A stretch of DNA of 46,365 nt from Pseudomonadota bacterium (lineage in GTDB: Bacteria > Myxococcota_A > Bradymonadia > UBA4248). Of the stretch, positions 43,820 through 46,365 are shown one piece after another (positions within the stretch are counted from its first letter, which is position 1; each line of letters starts with the position of its first letter). A model generated the notes under the pieces. The model saw nothing but the letters and a program-made list of their open reading frames with translations. It made no database searches and was not told where the DNA came from. The translations under genes were made by a program, and so were the position numbers. The stretch covers positions 1 to 46,365 of the forward strand of contig JAFOHE010000247.1 in NCBI GenBank assembly GCA_017421975.1. The letters are read 5' to 3'.

Positions 43820-43909
43820 GCGGCGTATTGGCTGTGACAAGGGGGCAAGCCCCCTTTGTCACAGCCGATAGCCGCGATGGCGAGCCGTATTGAGCGAAGC
43901 GAAATAGGC
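43820..43909 (+). repeat. Bulged-G hairpin units G1 and G2 in the rne upstream region
   Basis: G1 43820-43875: GCGGC-G-TAT-(19-bp stem TGGCTGTGACAAGGGGG.., one bulged A)-ATA-GCCGC. G2 43884-43909: GCC-G-TAT-TGAGC-gaa-GCGAA-ATA-GGC. Confidence 0.85.
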
Positions 43910-44140
43910 GAAGCAACCTATAAAACGTACACGCTATGACAGTAAAATCCCGCATGCGCATCATGTTCGTGAACCGATTTCAACAGAAATCCCGCTTCGA
44001 CATCGACAGCCCATGACACTGACTATGCGAAATCGCGTGATTCAGGAAAAAAACGATTACCTGGCTAATTTTAAATCGGTCGGGACCAACATCGGTGCAG
44101 CATCCTTCCAAGGCCTCGCCGGCGATAACGTGGCGCTCGG

Positions 44141-46108
44141 TCAGTTCGTGTGATCAGTGTCATCGGTTTCGTGTATGCGTTCGAGAAATTGATCGGAAGT
44201 AATGCCGTGGCGTGCGAGAAAATCGGGAAAGCATTGATCTGCGCGAATAGACTCGTCAAGGTCAATGGTAAAAGCATCTTCTTCTTTTTCAATGCGATAG
44301 ACTGTGCCTTGAGCATTGGATTGCCAGACTTCGACGACCTGGCTCAAGACGACGATGATGAGCGGAATATGCCATGTTTCCACGACGAGCGCGTGGAGTG
44401 GTCGGAGCGTTTCGAGCATATCGAATTCCAGGTCTGTCCAATAATTGACGAGGATGGGGATACTTTGGGCGTGTGCTCGGTTGAGCGTCTGAAGAAGTTT
44501 GTGGGCGATGAGTTCGGGAATGCAAATCTGTTCGCCGCTTAAGGGAATCAACTGGATGAGATTTTCACCGATGCGCAGGCGTTCTGAAAACCGGGATATG
44601 GAGATTTCGCTTTTTTGAAATGCCGTGGCGACTTCGAGGTTTTGCATTCGACAGGAGAGTTCGAGATCGGCGCCGGCAGAGAGGGGACCAATGGATAACG
44701 CGTGATCGCACAGAAGCAGAGTACGCGGGGGAGGTGGTTCCCACACGGGAATGGCCGAGAGACGATAGTTGGCGTTGAGGCGGATTTCGCTGTTCGGCTT
44801 TGCATTGCGATGCCCGAAGGCATCGACAAATTGTGCGCCATCTTGTGCAAGCTCGGCAATCCAAGCATGAGCCAGACACCCCCAGCCTTCAGAGGCAGGG
44901 GCGTCGGATTCTGGCACGTGGCGGATGATGAGATGTGCCCCCTGGTAAGCGGCGCGTCTGGCCATGTGAATATCCAGAGCGGCTTCTGTGGCGCAGAGAA
45001 CGCATTTCCATGAACGGATACTGAAGGTCACGAGCAGATTGTCGGCGTCGGCAATCAGGAGCTGCGCATCTTTTGTGCCGGTGCGTGCATACATCATGCG
45101 GTAGCGGGAACCGTCGTGTATCCGTGCGATGAGGTGACGCGTTTGGCTAAGACTGCGCAGCGTTTTGAGGATGGCGTTTTGAGAGGTGAATTCTATGTCG
45201 CCATGGACGAGGGCCAGAGCGTGATCGGGAACCTGGGAGAGGACGGATGCCAGGGGATCGGCACTCATTTCGTCGATTTCGACTGATTTGACGACGAGAT
45301 CATTTTTTAGCGCCGTTTGGGGAAGCGGCCAGATGGCTTGTGGTGCGGTCGTATGCGGATGAAGCCGAATGGGGTGCTGCGGGAATTCACGCGCAACGGC
45401 GAGTTGTGGCGCGTCATCAGACATCAGTGCGCTGATATGCGCGTCACGACTGGCTTCGGACAGGGACATGAGAAGGTCGAGAGAGAAGGCGTGAAGTTTG
45501 TCTGAAGGGAGCGCATGAAGAAGATTTGAAAGAATCTCGCGATAAATGATATTCTCCTGATCATAGCGGCAAAAGACGGATGTGTTACAGACGAGTGTAG
45601 CGACATCGAATACGCCATCAGAGAGTGCCTGTTGAAGGTACATATCCTGGTAGACAAAATTATCTTTTGAGGTCGCATCAGAGAAGATGGTTTCAACAGC
45701 GTCGTCCGAATGAAGCAGGTCATTAATCGTGTCACGAATGAGTGCCACATCGGGCTGAAGGCCATCTGCCCAAAGCGTGTGCATGATGCGCCGAGAGAAT
45801 TCGATGAAGATGCCGGGTTCATGGTTCATGAGCCAGACACCGGCGCGAAGTGCGTGACCGTTGTGGACGGGATCGTTTCGCCAGACGAGGGAAAGCTTTC
45901 GGGATGCGGCAAATCGCATGGCTTCCTGTCGAAGCCATGCGCGCTCCGGCGGTGTATCGGGGACGCGTATGCCGCTAAGCGCACGCAGTGAGAAGGCATC
46001 GACGACGATCCATTGGATTTGCACGGGTAACGTCTCGAGAAAAGAGATCGTCGGAAGCATGAGATAGGAACGGTAATCGGAATAATCAAAGTAAAATCGA
46101 AGTTTCAT
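44141..46108 (-). CDS. DsbA/HCCA-isomerase-like domain (no CxxC) fused to a ~450-aa region of unknown function
   Basis: GAGAAGG RBS before ATG 46108; the listed ORF extends to 46144. The N-terminal ~190 aa read KLRFYFDYSDYRSYL...GVFDVATLV, which is HCCA isomerase/DsbA-like (from memory). The rest has weak CN-hydrolase-like strings (KCVLCATEA..GAHLII) that I cannot confirm. Confidence 0.7.
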   Translation of the reverse strand: MKLRFYFDYSDYRSYLMLPTISFLETLPVQIQWIVVDAFSLRALSGIRVPDTPPERAWLRQEAMRFAASRKLSLVWRNDPVHNGHALRAGVWLMNHEPGIFIEFSRRIMHTLWADGLQPDVALIRDTINDLLHSDDAVETIFSDATSKDNFVYQDMYLQQALSDGVFDVATLVCNTSVFCRYDQENIIYREILSNLLHALPSDKLHAFSLDLLMSLSEASRDAHISALMSDDAPQLAVAREFPQHPIRLHPHTTAPQAIWPLPQTALKNDLVVKSVEIDEMSADPLASVLSQVPDHALALVHGDIEFTSQNAILKTLRSLSQTRHLIARIHDGSRYRMMYARTGTKDAQLLIADADNLLVTFSIRSWKCVLCATEAALDIHMARRAAYQGAHLIIRHVPESDAPASEGWGCLAHAWIAELAQDGAQFVDAFGHRNAKPNSEIRLNANYRLSAIPVWEPPPPRTLLLCDHALSIGPLSAGADLELSCRMQNLEVATAFQKSEISISRFSERLRIGENLIQLIPLSGEQICIPELIAHKLLQTLNRAHAQSIPILVNYWTDLEFDMLETLRPLHALVVETWHIPLIIVVLSQVVEVWQSNAQGTVYRIEKEEDAFTIDLDESIRADQCFPDFLARHGITSDQFLERIHETDDTDHTN

Positions 46109-46196
46109 TGTGCCTTCTCGAACAAAAAGAAGTGTGATGTGCATGCTTTTAGCAGAAATAAGGCATCACATTGAAAAAAAATTTTTGAAAAAAAAC

Positions 46197-46225
46197 TTGC
46201 ACAGAGTTGGCAATCTGTGTATAAG
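46197..46225 (+). promoter_or_regulatory. Probable sigma70-type promoter of the tRNA gene with an A/T-rich UP-like element
   Basis: TTGCAC (46197-46202), 17-nt spacer, TATAAG (46220-46225). It is preceded by AAAAAAAATTTTTGAAAAAAAA. The tRNA starts about 55 nt downstream. Confidence 0.5.
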
Positions 46226-46282
46226 GCCACCCGTTTCGAGAACGAGATAATCGTCACGAGACAGGCATAACGGTTTAGTTAT

Positions 46283-46355
46283 GGGGCTATAGCTCAGCTG
46301 GGAGAGCGCTTGACTGGCAGTCAAGAGGTCAACGGTTCGATCCCGTTTAGCTCCA
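46283..46355 (+). tRNA. tRNA-Ala (anticodon GGC)
   Basis: 73-nt cloverleaf. The acceptor stem is GGGGCTA/TAGCTCC with the G3:U70 alanine identity pair. The D arm is GCTC-AGCTGGGA-GAGC. The anticodon arm is CTTGA-CTGGCAG-TCAAG. The T arm is AACGG-TTCGATC-CCGTT. CCA is not encoded. Confidence 0.95.
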
Positions 46356-46365
46356 TATCAAAACT

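Noticed and set aside
43540-43893. 117-aa + strand ORF upstream of rne.
   Set aside because: It has a GTG start without an RBS and reads straight through the G0/G1 palindromes. Its composition is not protein-like.

Overview
This 46.4-kb chromosomal window carries about 27 protein genes, 22 of them on the minus strand, plus one tRNA-Ala(GGC). No transposase, integrase, CRISPR array or rRNA was seen. All calls come from reading the sequence and from motif memory; no searches were run.

The gene content is mostly housekeeping:
- Translation and RNA metabolism: rsfS, rlmH, comF-like, tex, rne.
- Cell wall: murI, a large Slt-type lytic transglycosylase, a GT51 transglycosylase, and a GlmU-N-like nucleotidyltransferase.
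- 7-deazaguanine synthesis: queD and queE.
- Envelope block: a 5'-nucleotidase lipoprotein, a second lipoprotein, an outer-membrane beta-barrel, a TLC/Npt-like transporter, and a 1139-aa lipoprotein built from 15 Myxococcus-type Cys-rich repeats.

The Cys-rich repeat type and the overall protein set suggest a Myxococcota/Bdellovibrionota-like lineage with about 50% GC. This is inference only.

The most unusual signal is not a gene. At least 18 intergenic hairpins in 9 loci share an invariant core, C-G(unpaired)-TAT ... ATA-G, while the helices on both sides of the core covary freely. The inner module ranges from a bare 4-nt loop to a roughly 30-bp stem.

The second notable signal is a non-coding array of 4.6 copies of a 42-bp unit at 162-354. 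Each unit contains a 14-bp near-palindrome, a layout like sopC-type centromeres or iterons.

Other points worth a look:
- Two near-identical composite repeat modules with mutually exclusive G5/C5 pairings.
- Tight coupling of btpA to queE and of queD to the nucleotidyltransferase, with no queC in the window.
- A long N-terminal domain (AsmA-like by my reading) fused to GT51.
- A DsbA-like domain lacking CxxC, fused to an unknown 450-aa region.
- A 681-nt rne leader containing hairpin units.
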